From Takakia lepidozioides (Eukaryota; Plantae; Bryophyta): a stretch of 64,000 nt of DNA. The stretch lies in the NCBI GenBank assembly GCA_030704615.1, contig CM060732.1, positions 32,612,001 to 32,676,000 of the forward strand. Reading direction: 5' to 3'. The notes beneath the pieces were generated by a model. That model made no database searches and had not been told where the DNA came from. It was given only the letters and a program-made list of their open reading frames with translations. The first letter of the stretch is position 1. Every line of letters begins with the position of its first letter. The position numbers were made by a program, and so were the translations under genes. Shown here one piece after another: positions 27,096 through 38,890 of this stretch.

Positions 27096-27780
27096 AGAAA
27101 GTGATGATCGGCGATATTGACAGAAGTGATGGTCTGCACCGACCATCGCATCCGCCCTAATGCCGAATGTCAAAAGCCAAAAAAAAAGATCGGTGCACTG
27201 ACAGAAGTGATGGTCGGCACCGACCATCACATCCACCCAAATGCCGAATGTCAAAAGCCGAAAAAAAAAAAAAACAAAAAAAACAAAACAAAACAAAACA
27301 AAACGGAGAGTGGTGATCGGTAACTGAAGTGATGGTCGGCACCGATCATCACATCCACCCAAATTCCAAATGTCAAAAAAAAAAAAAAAAAAAAACGGAA
27401 AGTGATGATCGGCGGCACCGACAGAAGTGATTGTCGGCACCGACCATCGCATCCACCCAAATGCCGAATGTCCAAAAAATAAATAAACATAAAATTTATA
27501 TATATATATATATGATCGGCGGCACTGGCAGAAGTGATGGTCGGCACCGACCATCCATCCGCCCAAATGCCGAATGTCAAAAGCTAATTTTAAAATTAAA
27601 ATTAAATAAGAAAAAAAAAAAAAAAAAAAAACAACAACAAACAAACAAACAGAAAGTGATGATCAGCGGCTCAGACAGAAGTGATTGTCGGTGTTGACCA
27701 TCACATCCACCAAAATGCCGAATGTCCCAAAAGAAAAAAAAACAAAAAAAAACAAAACGGGGAGTGATGATCGGCGGCAC
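25965..27780. repeat. Array of ~18 hairpin-containing ~75-bp units separated by A-rich tracts
   Basis: Unit aagtgatgatcggcggcaccgacagaagtgatggtcggcaccgaccatcacatccacccaaatgccgaatgtcaaaa. Confidence 0.95.
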
Positions 27781-27914
27781 CCACAACCCTCGCCCTCACA
27801 ACTTTCGTTTCCTGTTTAGACGTCAAGTTGCTCTTGTTCTAGGGTGGAGAGAGAGAAGAGATGAGGGTGACAAGGACGGTTTTAGTGAGGCTGTGAATTC
27901 TGTGTTGAGAGAAG

Positions 27915-28757
27915 ATGTCTGGCCTGATGCCAATAGTCAGTCATCTGAAGGTTTTGGCTGCAAAGAGGTCTCTTCCTGCAAGTGTGACAGCACCTCCCGA
28001 GGGTGTCGTCAGGAAAAAAACTAGTCATGGAGTGAATTCTGGGATTGACATGGACGAGGATTTTGAGGGTGACGATGGCTACATAGGGGACTATGCCGAT
28101 GAATGTGACTGGGAGAATGATGGGGTTGACATGGAGTGCGATGAGGAGCCAACCGCCGATTTTGTCAAGATGTTCAAGCCTGCGACTTGGGAGTCCAATG
28201 TTGGCTCTGAGTTTGCAACTGATAGAGGTGCTTTTACTGGCCCTGTACCTGGTCCCTGCCTGCCAGATATGAAGGGCTCACATCCTGTTTGGTTCTTTCG
28301 TTTGTTTTGGAGACAACATGTGCTTGCACGGATATGTAGGGAGTCCAATCGTTATGCATGTGAGGCTTTGGGTGCGGGCACTCGTGAGGGGCCTAAGTGG
28401 AAAGAGCTCACTGTTCATGAGTTGAGGGCTTGGATTGGCATTTGTGTCTTCATGGGCATGAAGAAGTTGCAACACTCGAAGCAATTCTTCTCTTGTCCTG
28501 TCATCCGCAAAGTGATGACGAGAGATAGGTACGAGGCCATCCTCCGCTGTTGCATCTTGTTGACAACGCCACTTTGGTGGCGGATCGAAGAGTAGCAATT
28601 ACGACAACCTTGAAAGCTAAGGTGGGTGTGTGATGAGATTGTTGATAGGTGTAAAAGACTCTGGAATCTGAACAAAATGGTGACCGTTGATGAGGTCATG
28701 ATTCGTTACAAGAGGAGGTACTATCCAATTAGGATGTATATGCCTAAGAAACCATGC
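27915..28757 (+). mobile_element. piggyBac transposase (DDE_Tnp_1_7-like), N-terminal half
   Basis: FFRLFW, ESNRYA, ELRAWIGICVFMG, MTRDRYEAILRC, VTVDEVMIRY, YMPKKPC. Cut at 28757 by an LTR. Confidence 0.88.
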
Positions 28758-29763
28758 TGTTAGAGGACTGCTTGGGACTTGGACGCTTTTACGGGATCTG
28801 TGGAGTACCCTTAATTTTTACACAGACTGAGACCAACATGAGCCTTAGGGGTGACAGCAACAGGCTTTAGGGGGGGAGATATACAGCCCAACACAGTCCA
28901 CCACAGCCCATCACAGCCGACACAGTCCAACACAACCCGTCACAGCTTCGCACAGCCGACACAGCCCGACACAGCCAACACAGCCAGTCACAGTCCACAC
29001 AGCCCGTCACAGTCAACACAGCCCGTCACAGTCCAACGCAGCCAGTCACAGCCACACAGCCAGTCACAGCCCGACACAGCCGGTCACAGCTTGACACAGC
29101 TGTCACGACCATAGGGAACGGATAGCAGGACAGGGAACGACTGTGGGGAACAACATCTGCGAATGGAACATGTTAGTTCACGGATGACCATTAGTGAGGG
29201 AAACGGTTAGAACAACGGGTAGGAAGATAAAGCCAGGAGTGAGGACTGAAAAAGGATCAATTCTGGGGGATCACTTCTTGGGGGGACTTCGGACATCACT
29301 GGGGAAATGAGGCAGAGAGCGTATCTCTGAGCAGAAAGAGGGAGAGCATGGAGTAGGAGGAGGACGATCTGTTGATGCTTGATGAATGCAAGCAGTAGAG
29401 TTGTAATGTAGAGCAGATTAGAGACTCCATGGCTTCAGCCTGATACTTGATAGATATTAATCTGATACATACTTCATACTCACACTGTGTAGAGAGATCT
29501 GAGTGAAGCTGTGGAATGAATGGATGAGTTGATGGAATCCGATAGATTGCTGAAGCAAACTGATACTCAATTACCAACAGTAAGGTAACTAGCTAACATG
29601 AATACGGGAAGGAAAACAAATAGGAAACACCCCCATGATACACTAGTTGTAGGTCATGACTGATTGTTCTGAGCGGGCTGAGTGCCTAGAGATTTCCAAC
29701 TCTTCTATCTTGGAGTTTCCGCCTCGGATAGCGAAGGGATGGGTGAATAAAAGCCGCGCGACA
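28758..29763 (+). mobile_element. 5' LTR of non-chromovirus Ty3/Gypsy element
   Basis: TGTTAG...GCGACA ends. Homologous to 55675-54475 (reverse). Internal (acagcc)-like microrepeats. Preceded by catgc. Confidence 0.9.
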
Positions 29764-29765
29764 TT

Positions 29766-29782
29766 TGGCGACCATACTGGAG
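29766..29782 (+). promoter_or_regulatory. Primer binding site, tRNA-Arg-like
   Basis: tggcgaccatactggag lies 2 nt after the LTR end and resembles the complement of the plant tRNA-Arg(UCG) 3' end. Confidence 0.65.
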
Positions 29783-30351
29783 AACTGGGTCATGAACAAC
29801 CAGATGTGACAGGCATCTGGTGGGATCATGGTGGTTGGAGAATTAAAGAATTTGATGTGAATCAAATTCCTTGTGAAACTGAGAAGGAAAGATTGTCCAA
29901 ACGATTCTTTCAGAGATTCTTGGAATTGCCAGACGGTTGTAAAGAAAACATTCTTAAGAGAGTGCATGATGCTGACCCAAAATGGGGTCTGGAGAAAGGA
30001 GTGATAAAGATTTATCAGGTGGCCTGTAGAGGAAGAGCACGTTGGTTACCAACACTGGTTTATGTGATAGCATTGCTATCCATTAAGCGAGTAGAGTTTG
30101 AAGGCTGGGAGGAAAGAAAGGTGAATGTTTATACTCATATGCATGAAGAGCTTGTACTGGTAAAGAATTGGATTCCAAAGGATATTTTGTGGATCAAACT
30201 CACACCAAGAACAACTTTCCAGACTTGTTTGCCATATGGTTATATGGTAACGGAGACTTCTAGTATAGCCAAGGGTGCATTGAAGCTTGAAAGAAACCCA
30301 GGCATATACGAGAGATATTACAGAAGAGAGTTTTGGTTGTTGCCACATTAA
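29770..30351 (+). other. Extra ORF upstream of gag (unknown function)
   Basis: About 190 stop-free codons between the PBS and gag. Confidence 0.5.
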
Positions 30352-30372
30352 AAGAAATGAAAGACATGGGAC

Positions 30373-32345
30373 ATGAGTGATGAAAGAGAAGCTAGACGCC
30401 AGAGATATTTAGCAAAAAGAGAAAGCTATCTGAAAGCTAATTATCCATATCTTTGGGAGAGAGGAATAGACATAGGGGAATCATCTGGACCTCTCACACC
30501 ATTAAGATCAGAGAGTACATCACCCATACCGGAAGAACTAGAGTTGGATGCCACTCCTTCTTTTTCTTTGCAAGAAAGATTAAGGGATGGTACGGGAAGA
30601 AGATCAATCACGAGGTGAAAGATCTGAGGTACATCCCTGGATAAAAGATTTGACAAAAATCTTTGATAAGAGTTGGCATGGAACACCAAAAGCAGGAACT
30701 CCAGTTTCTGAAGCGGAAGGTGAAGAAGGAGGAGAGGATGTGGCAGAGCCAACGGAGAGTTCAGACTCTCCAACACCATTGCAGTTGAGTTACATGAGTG
30801 AAGAAGAAACCCAAGGGCAGAACTTGGAGGATGAAAATAGAGAGAAGAAATTGGAAGAGGAAGAGTATGAAGAAGTAGACCCAACGGCTGAGGTTGAGAC
30901 TACAACCAGGACATCCCAACCCGTTGGACCTGGATCAAGTGGAGCACTTGGATCACAGGCCAACGAAGGTGTCGGCTCAGGGGATCAGGCGGGCTGCCTG
31001 GATCTGGCTCTGGGGGGACAGGGAGTGTGGGAAGTAGTGCAACTGGAGCTGGGAATACTGTGAATATCGTGGGCCAGTAGCAGGGAGTGCTCAAGGGCCA
31101 CCACTTGGTGGAAGATCCATCACAACAACAACAGGTCCTGAAGGACCAGCACCAGCAAGGGTGCAAGTACCTGTCAGTGGGCAGAAGGTAGGGCCACAGA
31201 TGGCGTTACAACCAACACGGGCAAAACCACCTTTTCCAATATATTCAGGAAAATGGGATCTCGATGTACACATTAGCCAATTTGAGCACATGTGTATAGT
31301 AAACAATGAGAATGGCGATGATGCCAAGATGAGATTGTTTCCTTGTTCACTTATCAAGAAAGTAAGTGAATGGTATGCAAGATTCCCTGATAATCATTTC
31401 CTAACGTGGAATGGCTTGAATACATCATTCCGAAATAGGTTCAGGACAAGTAAAACTGAGGATGAAGTGTATGGAAGTTTACAACAGTTAAAGCAAAAGA
31501 AACATGAAACTGTTGAGGAGTATATGGAAAAGATGGAATTGATGATGAAAAAACTGGCTGTTGTACCAGCACCAGGTTTACAGAAGACTTGGTTTGTGAG
31601 TGGACTAAGACCAGAGTTGCAGAAGAAAGTGGATATGTTACCCCATAATACAGTGGAGGAGGCATTTGAAACTGCAAATAGAATTGAGCAATTGGGAATG
31701 CTCAGGGGAGAGAAAAGGGATGATGAGGACTCTGAGGATGAGTCAGATGAAGAAGAAGAGCAAGAACTGAAAAGGAAGAGTAAGAGAAAGGAGAAGTTGA
31801 AGAGGGATAACTATGAGAAAAGATTAGAAGAAATCTTGAAGAAGTATGCCACAGAGGCTGCAACACATTGGAGAAAGGGTGTTTGGTGTGCAAAGTGCCA
31901 GAATGAAGGCCATACCACCACTGAATGCCACATGAAGGAGAAACATTGTACTATCTGTAAAATGGATAACCATTCTACTGAGAATTGTTACTACAACAGA
32001 AGGACAACAGCTAGAGAACCTAGGCAAGTAAGGGTGCATCAAGTGCAGCCCCAGCCAAGAAGAAACAGTGATCATGACCACTATGGTAGGCCTGGTGGTT
32101 ATAACAATGGCATGGAAGGGAGAGGTAATTCAAGAGGGAATTACCAAGGAAATTCCAGAGGCAACTATCAGGGTAATCCAAGGGGGAATTACCAGCCCGA
32201 GAATCAGGATTACAGAAATAATCCAAGAGCAGACCAAGGGCGAGGACCCAATGGTGAAGAACTATGTTACTATTGTAATCAGCCAGGACATCGCAAGGCA
32301 GCCTGTTCATTCTGGATTAGACACCAGAATGAGATGAGAGCTCCT
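30373..32345 (+). mobile_element. gag with three CCHC zinc knuckles, broken at inversion breakpoint
   Basis: Retrotrans_gag-like core (LKQKKHETVEEY, FVSGLR); knuckles CAKCQNEGHTTTEC, CTICKMDNHSTENC, CYYCNQPGHRKAAC. Frameshifts in the 5' part. Confidence 0.9.
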
Positions 32346-33960
32346 TTGCAATCTCCTGAGTTGTGTGATGTATCCCCACCTTCATAGGCCAAATACTTGA
32401 TGAAGGAGGCTTCATGACCACTGATGGTCGCACAGTCCCACGCACGCACCTACCACAGTCGTCAAGGCAAAACCAGAATTAGTGGTTCTTCACCTCTGCT
32501 TGCCCGTAAGGCTGGAACAAACCAGTGAAGGTCGGAGCCGGAGTGCAAACCTTGCCTCTGGATATGGAGGACTTGCACTTCTCACGATTGGTGGCTCTGA
32601 TTGTCGTGCATTTCACTCGAGACCCAACACTGGTGCGTTCTATGTGCCAGACTTCGTCAGGGCACATGGACTCCACCACATTGGGGAGGACGTTCGACTC
32701 CTGCACCCCACAGTGGGAGATGTCTGGGTCTGGCTTTGTAAGAAGTTCCTCCGCACTGGACATTTCGGAAACAAATCTCTGATGCAATGGAACACGTGGA
32801 GTGGAGAAGTTGTCCCTGTTCGGCTTGTGCGAGTCTACATCCGAACCAGGAGGGGTGTTCAATTTCCGTTTACAAGAGCCGAATCTCTCCTCGCCCAGTC
32901 CAAATGCGGAACTCTAGACACCAGAGGAGCTCCCTCCGCACACATGCTGACAGCCTTGGCTATTTTGTTGGGATCCGCCGATCTTCTTGTAGCATGCAAC
33001 ATCAACTCAGACTTGTCGAGACCATTGCCACCAACGGCACCCCACAAGAACTCCCGGTATCTCGTTTGTTGTTGTAGAGCTCATATTGGATCAACTTTTT
33101 GTCGATACCGTAAACCTCTCTTTCAAGGAAGACAGTGCCAATCTGGTACTCGAAACGTGTTGCTAGGAGATGTTCCTCCGCAATTGCAAAACCATTGTCA
33201 TCAGCATCCTTCAAGAAATGGACAGGTTTCTCGACAAAGTAAAACTCCACTTCAGAGGAACCCATGCTGGTGCACGAGAAATTTTGAGCCACTGGAAGCC
33301 TCAAAGTGCATAGTCCCATGACTTGTGTGTGGAGTCTTGTTACAAACGACAGTAGGGATTACATTTCTACGCCGTTAGAGTTTGCACCGATACTAACGAG
33401 GCCATCTTGTCATCGTCTTCTATGTCCCAAACCGTTAATATAAGGTTGAGCCTAAACCCAGATATTTGAAAAGCTGACATACCGTTAAAGAGTCTTCCAA
33501 AAACAGTTGTTAAGCAGTTATGTGCCTGTACCGACCCAAGTGAAAAGATGACGGAGACGAAAGTATTGGAATCCAATGTTATTCCAACTTGTTGAGGCAC
33601 GTGGAATTCGACAATGCAATATTGAGTGCAGGGTTGCAGAAAATTCGGCGGAGAACCAATGATACATGGCATGTTGTGCCACATATGAAGATTTCGAACC
33701 GGGAAAAACCGGCAAAAGCTAGTCTAATAACTCATCCATCCAAATCGAATCTATCACCAAGCAATAGTACTACTAATGGCCATACCTAACTAGTTCAAGA
33801 CGACGGCCACTGCCGAAAGGACAAATGTGCCTTTGCGAGGTGGACACGTATGCCGTGAACACATGCATAACGAGATCGAGGCCCCGGCTGGTACTAATCG
33901 CACGACGTCTCGCAGCCCAGTAGTTCGTGATTTTCAAGCTGGAGAGTAGCAGGAGACTAA
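32346..33960 (-). pseudogene. N-terminal part of SWIM-finger protein gene (continues at 63513 on +)
   Basis: EERFGSCKRKLNTPPGSD, WHIERTSVGSRVKC, KFWFC and QEIA are homologous to 42600-43190. Stops and frameshifts present. Confidence 0.75.
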
Positions 33961-34043
33961 GTTCCCAGCAAGAGAGTGGAAGGCGTAGAAGATAGTCTTC
34001 CTTTTTCACTTCAGCGAGAGACAAGAAGAAGGCGAGAGAGAGA

Positions 34044-36003
34044 ATGAGAGGTCGCAAGCTCAACATGACGCTGAAGGAGATAACAGAGGAGAGCGCGGCC
34101 CTGGAAACAGAGCACATGGCGGAGGAGGACCAGCCGCGCGGAGAAGCTGGTGAACGAGGGGATGAAACAGCAACAGAGGGCGACCCTGACGACATGGACA
34201 CAGAGGAGCCCGACACCCTTTTGAGGAAGCGACGCCGAAGGGGAAGAAGGCTGCGCAAATGGGGAGGACGGCTGTGATTGTGGCTCAAGCAGAGGCATCT
34301 GGGAGTGCTCTTCCCAAAGGACCGAAGATGATTCTCTTCTTTCTCTTGATTGTGGGCAGTGGAGAAGGCATGAAAATTGCGTTCGTTGACCTACGCAGTT
34401 TTTATGCCCTCTTTACTTCTGTTTTCTATGTCAACATTTTGTGTTAGCATTGTCAGATTTGTATGAGGGCTCATAGAAGTGTAGACGACAGAGAAAACAT
34501 GGTGCTCTCAATTCAGACTTGTCCTTTTGCTGGACCTTTCATTCTGCACATAGCTGTCCACATTTTCTGAACCGCAGAAACCAATGGATGAGAGAAGGGC
34601 AATGCGAGCACCCCCAAAAATTGTGTGTTCTCACACTGTCACGCCCTGCACTTCTCTCACTGTATTATCAATGAAGTTGAATGAAGGGGAGAAAGAGAAC
34701 CCCCTCAAAATTGAGTGCGTTGACGCATGCAATTTCTCTCAATGCCCTTCTCTCATCCTTCGGTCTCTGCTTTCCTTAATCTATGAAGAAAGGTCCGGGA
34801 AGTCTGAGCAGTGAGAGACGTCTTTCAAACTTCAAAAATTGAATGCGTTTACAGAGCTCTTTTATGAGTGAAGAAATTGGGTGCGTTGACGCACTCAGTC
34901 CTAGGCAGGAAAGGAGGGAGAACCCAAATATATATATATTCCACTTGTGGCCCTCCAAAATTGAGTGCGTTGACGCACACAGTTTCAGAGGGCCACAAAC
35001 GCAGCTGTGGTTCGTCCCCCTTGAGTCATGCTTCTGGTTTTGGAGGGTAGTTCATGTTTGTTGCCTGTTTGGACACGCTTACTTCCATTGGGCAAATCAA
35101 AACCCTTCACAACTGAGTGCGTTGACGCGCTCAATTTTAGAAGGTCTGGTACCTGATGTTTTGTCTGTCCTTCCATTGAGATTAGCTTCCGGTTTTGGGA
35201 GGGGGGGGGGGGATTCCTCTTTTGGTGTCTGTATGGACATGGCAGCCAAGAATGGTGGAATGATGTCAACAGCTTATACCTGACGAAGGGGGACTTTTCG
35301 GGACAAATGGTAATCCTCCACTCCGATAAAGGGTAGCATTCTTCTCTTGTCTACTTCATTTCATTTTTTTGTTCACCCATCCAAAATTGAGTGCGTCAAC
35401 GCACTCAATTCTGAAGGGGTGAAGTTGTTCTTTTGCCCTTTTGTATGCATTCGCTCATTTGTGCTTCGTGTTGTTTTCAGTGCAGACCCACCTTTTTGAA
35501 GCCATCTGTCTCGTCAGGGTGCACCCTTCTTCGACTCTTGCTGCAGTGAAGAAGTTCAGGCTTCATAGGAGAGGTTGTTTCATGAGCAATTACGTGGATT
35601 CGAATGTCTGTTTGAGAAAGTCGAATGGAACACCATGGAGAGGGGCCAAGGAGAAGAGTCCAACTTTTATTCAAACTGTTATTGAGACACATTCCCATCC
35701 GGGGGCGTGCATCGTCGACTTGACTCTTGGAACAGGTTTGACATCTCTCCTTTTGTGGTCTTTTTTCCCTTAGTACACAATTTGTAACATCTTAGTAACA
35801 CAAACTGTGTCTTGCAGGAGCTTTGTACCATGCTTGGCAAGGCAGCGGGCCGACATTTGTTGGGTATGGATGCAGCCATTTTTACTGAGCCTCCAAGAGT
35901 TGCAAGGGCCAATATCTGCCGCCAAAGAGCATGAGGTTGTAGTGCATGTCGATATCAATGAGGGAGACGACAAGGACCTCGACGACGATCTCACATATGA
36001 ATA
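34044..36003 (+). pseudogene. Intron-containing DNA methyltransferase-like gene (N6_N4_Mtase/beta-class SAM-binding end); 5' limit uncertain
   Basis: Exon 35486-35735 (WRGAKEKSPTFIQTVIETHSHPGACIVDLTLGTG) splices GT-AG to 35818 (ALYHA, +1 frameshift, CKAAGRHLLGMD). This matches the K...LI...S.PGD.VLD...G.G...A...GR..IG.E pattern. Confidence 0.62.
34707..35410. repeat. Interspersed 26-bp palindromes aattgagtgcgt-NN-acgcactcaatt
   Basis: Clear copies near 34707, 34874, 34957, 35111 and 35385; a degenerate one near 34835. Confidence 0.9.
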
Positions 36004-36164
36004 AGTTCGTTTGGTGTTTGCTTCCCAGTTATAGCATGTGCCCCCCCCCCCCCCCCCTCCCCTATGCCTTTCACATTAGCTAATGTAATACATGAAATTT
36101 GGGTGGCAGGATATTGGAAGCTATTCATTTGCACGACGTCTCTGTTCATGCTCAGCCTCATATG

Positions 36165-36218
36165 TTCAAGGGCACCACACAAATGCCTAACATTGGTTAT
36201 GGGTCAAACAAGAAGACA
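36165..36218 (+). pseudogene. RPL32: Captured fragment of 60S ribosomal protein L32
   Basis: FKGTTQMPNIGYGSNKKT matches the eL32 signature FKG...MPNIGYGSNKKT. Flanks are unrelated. Confidence 0.8.
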
Positions 36219-38499
36219 GAGAGCTTCCGTAACCCCTTGGGTTACATTTATCAAGCGCCTCATGCGAGTGAAAGCCTCCCTCAAGCTCTCGGTCGGCTTT
36301 CTACCAACACATACCTCTCTGGATAATTATATCGGCCTGCACTACACACCCGCCCCAGTGCCAAACTATTACTATTACGCATTTACTACTGAACACTTTT
36401 ATTACTGGGAAAGATCCACTACGATCAAATACAAACTACTACACAAAAGCTATGCAACACTATGCTACTTCACGAGAGGCACTTATAGAACTTTGTCATT
36501 TTTCCCTCCGACCTTTTTCCACTCTCCATGGACCTATTCAAAATGGCCCATTAAAGCTGTTGCCCAATCTCCAGTTATATTATCACCCATATTTCCCCCC
36601 TCTAATGTATGATATACACACACACCCCACCACAGCAGTAAACCCATATAAATATGCTACAAAAACAACTGCATGCTTACATAGTTGGCAGGCATTGATT
36701 ACAGATACAACATTGGCACACCTGAGGCGGGACTCCACGTCTAGTAATACATCTAAAATTCACAACACACAAACAAAAAATATTTACCCTTTACAATGCA
36801 TCATTCAAAAGATCCTAGCTCCAATTACAGAAAGGTCTCATGCCGCCAGTAAATTATATTCCCAACACATTGCACAGTGCGACCTCCAGCTGTGTATCAT
36901 TAAATTGCTTACTCCATTCTACTACCATGTTCAGAGTCAAGACCCCAAGCAAGGCCCCCTCTACGTAGTCACATTTAACAAAGCCTCTGCCAATATAGAA
37001 CCAAAAAACAGAACAGGAACCAATCAATTATGCTTACCAAACCCATGTCCACAAAACACCTCTGTTGGTATCCCTCAAAACCCCATGCAGCCTACAAATA
37101 CTGTCACATAGCTCTTGCCAGACATGGATAGCTCTCTATATGTAACTAATGCAACACCCCTCTCGCTCAACTGCCTTGCTACACTATGCAAGATTCAAAA
37201 TTTGTTATTAAAAGCTACATCCACATCGACTGGCAGCTACTGTGTGCAGATACAACATTAATGCACCTGCAACCTGATGCCACATGCAGCAATATATTCA
37301 AAACTCATAACCCACGAACTAACCGTACTGATTCCCTCCTAGTAACCGTACACATGCAAACTATTTACAGCCTGGTGTATGAATACTTTCAAAAATCCAC
37401 AATGCTCCACAGGCACATATCAATTACAACAAACTGTACCTCAGTCCCCATTAAACAACCCCTCTTAGCTACAAGGTTGAGGCAGACTGTATGTCAATTA
37501 AAAACACGTAGCTGCACTAGGATACAACATATGCTTCTTGATTACAGCCCTGGCCCCCCTTACAGCCATCAAAACTCAGCCATATACACCCTACCGCCAC
37601 AGTGCCCCATTCAAAAGACTCGAGCCTCAATTACAATATGGTCTCACATCACCAATAAAATACTACTAAGGCATTGCAAACTGCTCCAACCAACTATACA
37701 TCAACAACGCTCCAAACAACCCACAGATCATGGAATATCCCTCACCTCTCGCTACCACAAATGACAAATATCAAATCCCTAATTCACTAATGCCTCCGAA
37801 TTGGGCTGATGTCAACCCCTATAACCTCATGCATCTCTCACAGTTGCCCCATTGCAACAGGAAACAATTACCCTCGCAACCTGGCAAAATAGCCCCATCT
37901 ACACTACCAGACCAGACGCTCTCTTACCCCCGCATTCCACCCCTGCTCCTACCTGCAACCCACTCACAAATACTTGGACAGAGTCTAAATCCACCAAATA
38001 CACATAGACAGGCCCCTTACTTCTGCATTACACACTGGATCCTACGAAAACCCATTAAAAACCCCCTACTACTTGCCCGTATAATGCAGGCAGAAAGCTC
38101 ACCACATAAAATGAAGCTGTCATTTGCAGAACCCCCAAACGCCGACCTTGGCCCCCCCAAAATCCACCCGTAACCACCCTGACAACCGCCCTAACAACGC
38201 TGTATGTCATTAAAATGCAAATGCATATCACTCAACCTGTCAAAATACATACCATAGCTTTTATTCTAACCATGCATTATGACCAAAGTCAGAAATCCAC
38301 AATGCCCTGCAGTCTCATGATAATTACAGCAAGCTACATTCTGGACTATAATAATCTGCCCACCACATCTCCCCTCACACAAAGCCACACAACTCCATAA
38401 AAAAAACTCAATACACGATCATACAAAACTCACTACACGAATCTACAGAAGATCCTTGGTGTCAGGCACCCCAATACCGCTCAAAATTGCTCACATTGA

Positions 38500-38890
38500 C
38501 AAACAACCAGAATATTTCGAATTGGGAGCTCACTTGAAGATGATACCAGCTATGTTTTCTGTTGAAAATTATCCGTTTGGGTATTTTGCAGAAGGCCTCT
38601 ATAATCCCAAGGATAGGAAAATGTACATGAAGAGCTGTCAACCAGTACATGCCATTTGGACGCTGCTCCAGGACAATGCAAATTCCTTAGATGATGGGCT
38701 TCACTGTTCCCTTGAAATTGGTCTGAAATACCCCTCAATACCAACTGTGAAGACCAGTTGACAGAATGTGGGCGAATCTTTTTACCTCAAACCAATGAAT
38801 CTTGAAACTTCCCCGATCACTTACAAGCGACAGCGAGATGAGATCATTCCTCGAAAGAGTCTGGAAGGATCGTTGAATGTGACAACCCTA
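38500..38890 (+). pseudogene. Captured fragment of plant DUF2921-family gene
   Basis: EGLYNPKDRKMYMKSCQPVHAIW...GLHCSLEIGLKYP and LETSPITYKRQRDEIIPRKSLEGSL resemble EGLYDP..GKMYL.GCRDVRA.W...GLDC..E....YP and L.Y..QRE.I.SRR..EGIL. Confidence 0.65.

Larger units (their letters stand above)
19390..27780 (-). repeat. Inverted segmental duplicate of ~41165-49090 (LINE 5' part + SWIM ORF + hairpin array)
   Basis: Continuous reverse-complement match; e.g. ORFs 22644-22967, 23074-23370 and 25008-25814 mirror 45621-45926, 45148-45600 and 42915-43637. Confidence 0.95.

Noticed and set aside
26640-27644. 334-aa Phe-rich ORF and similar ORFs in both arrays
   Set aside because: Artefacts of stop-poor tandem repeats and poly(T).
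25965-27780. CRISPR array (palindromic repeats with spacers)
   Set aside because: Spacers are low-complexity A tracts, units are ~75 bp, there are no cas genes, and the context is eukaryotic. The same applies to 40915-42555 and, for lack of cas genes and uniform spacers, to 34707-35410.
32482-33321. 279-aa plus-strand ORF
   Set aside because: Antisense shadow of the minus-strand SWIM-family gene.
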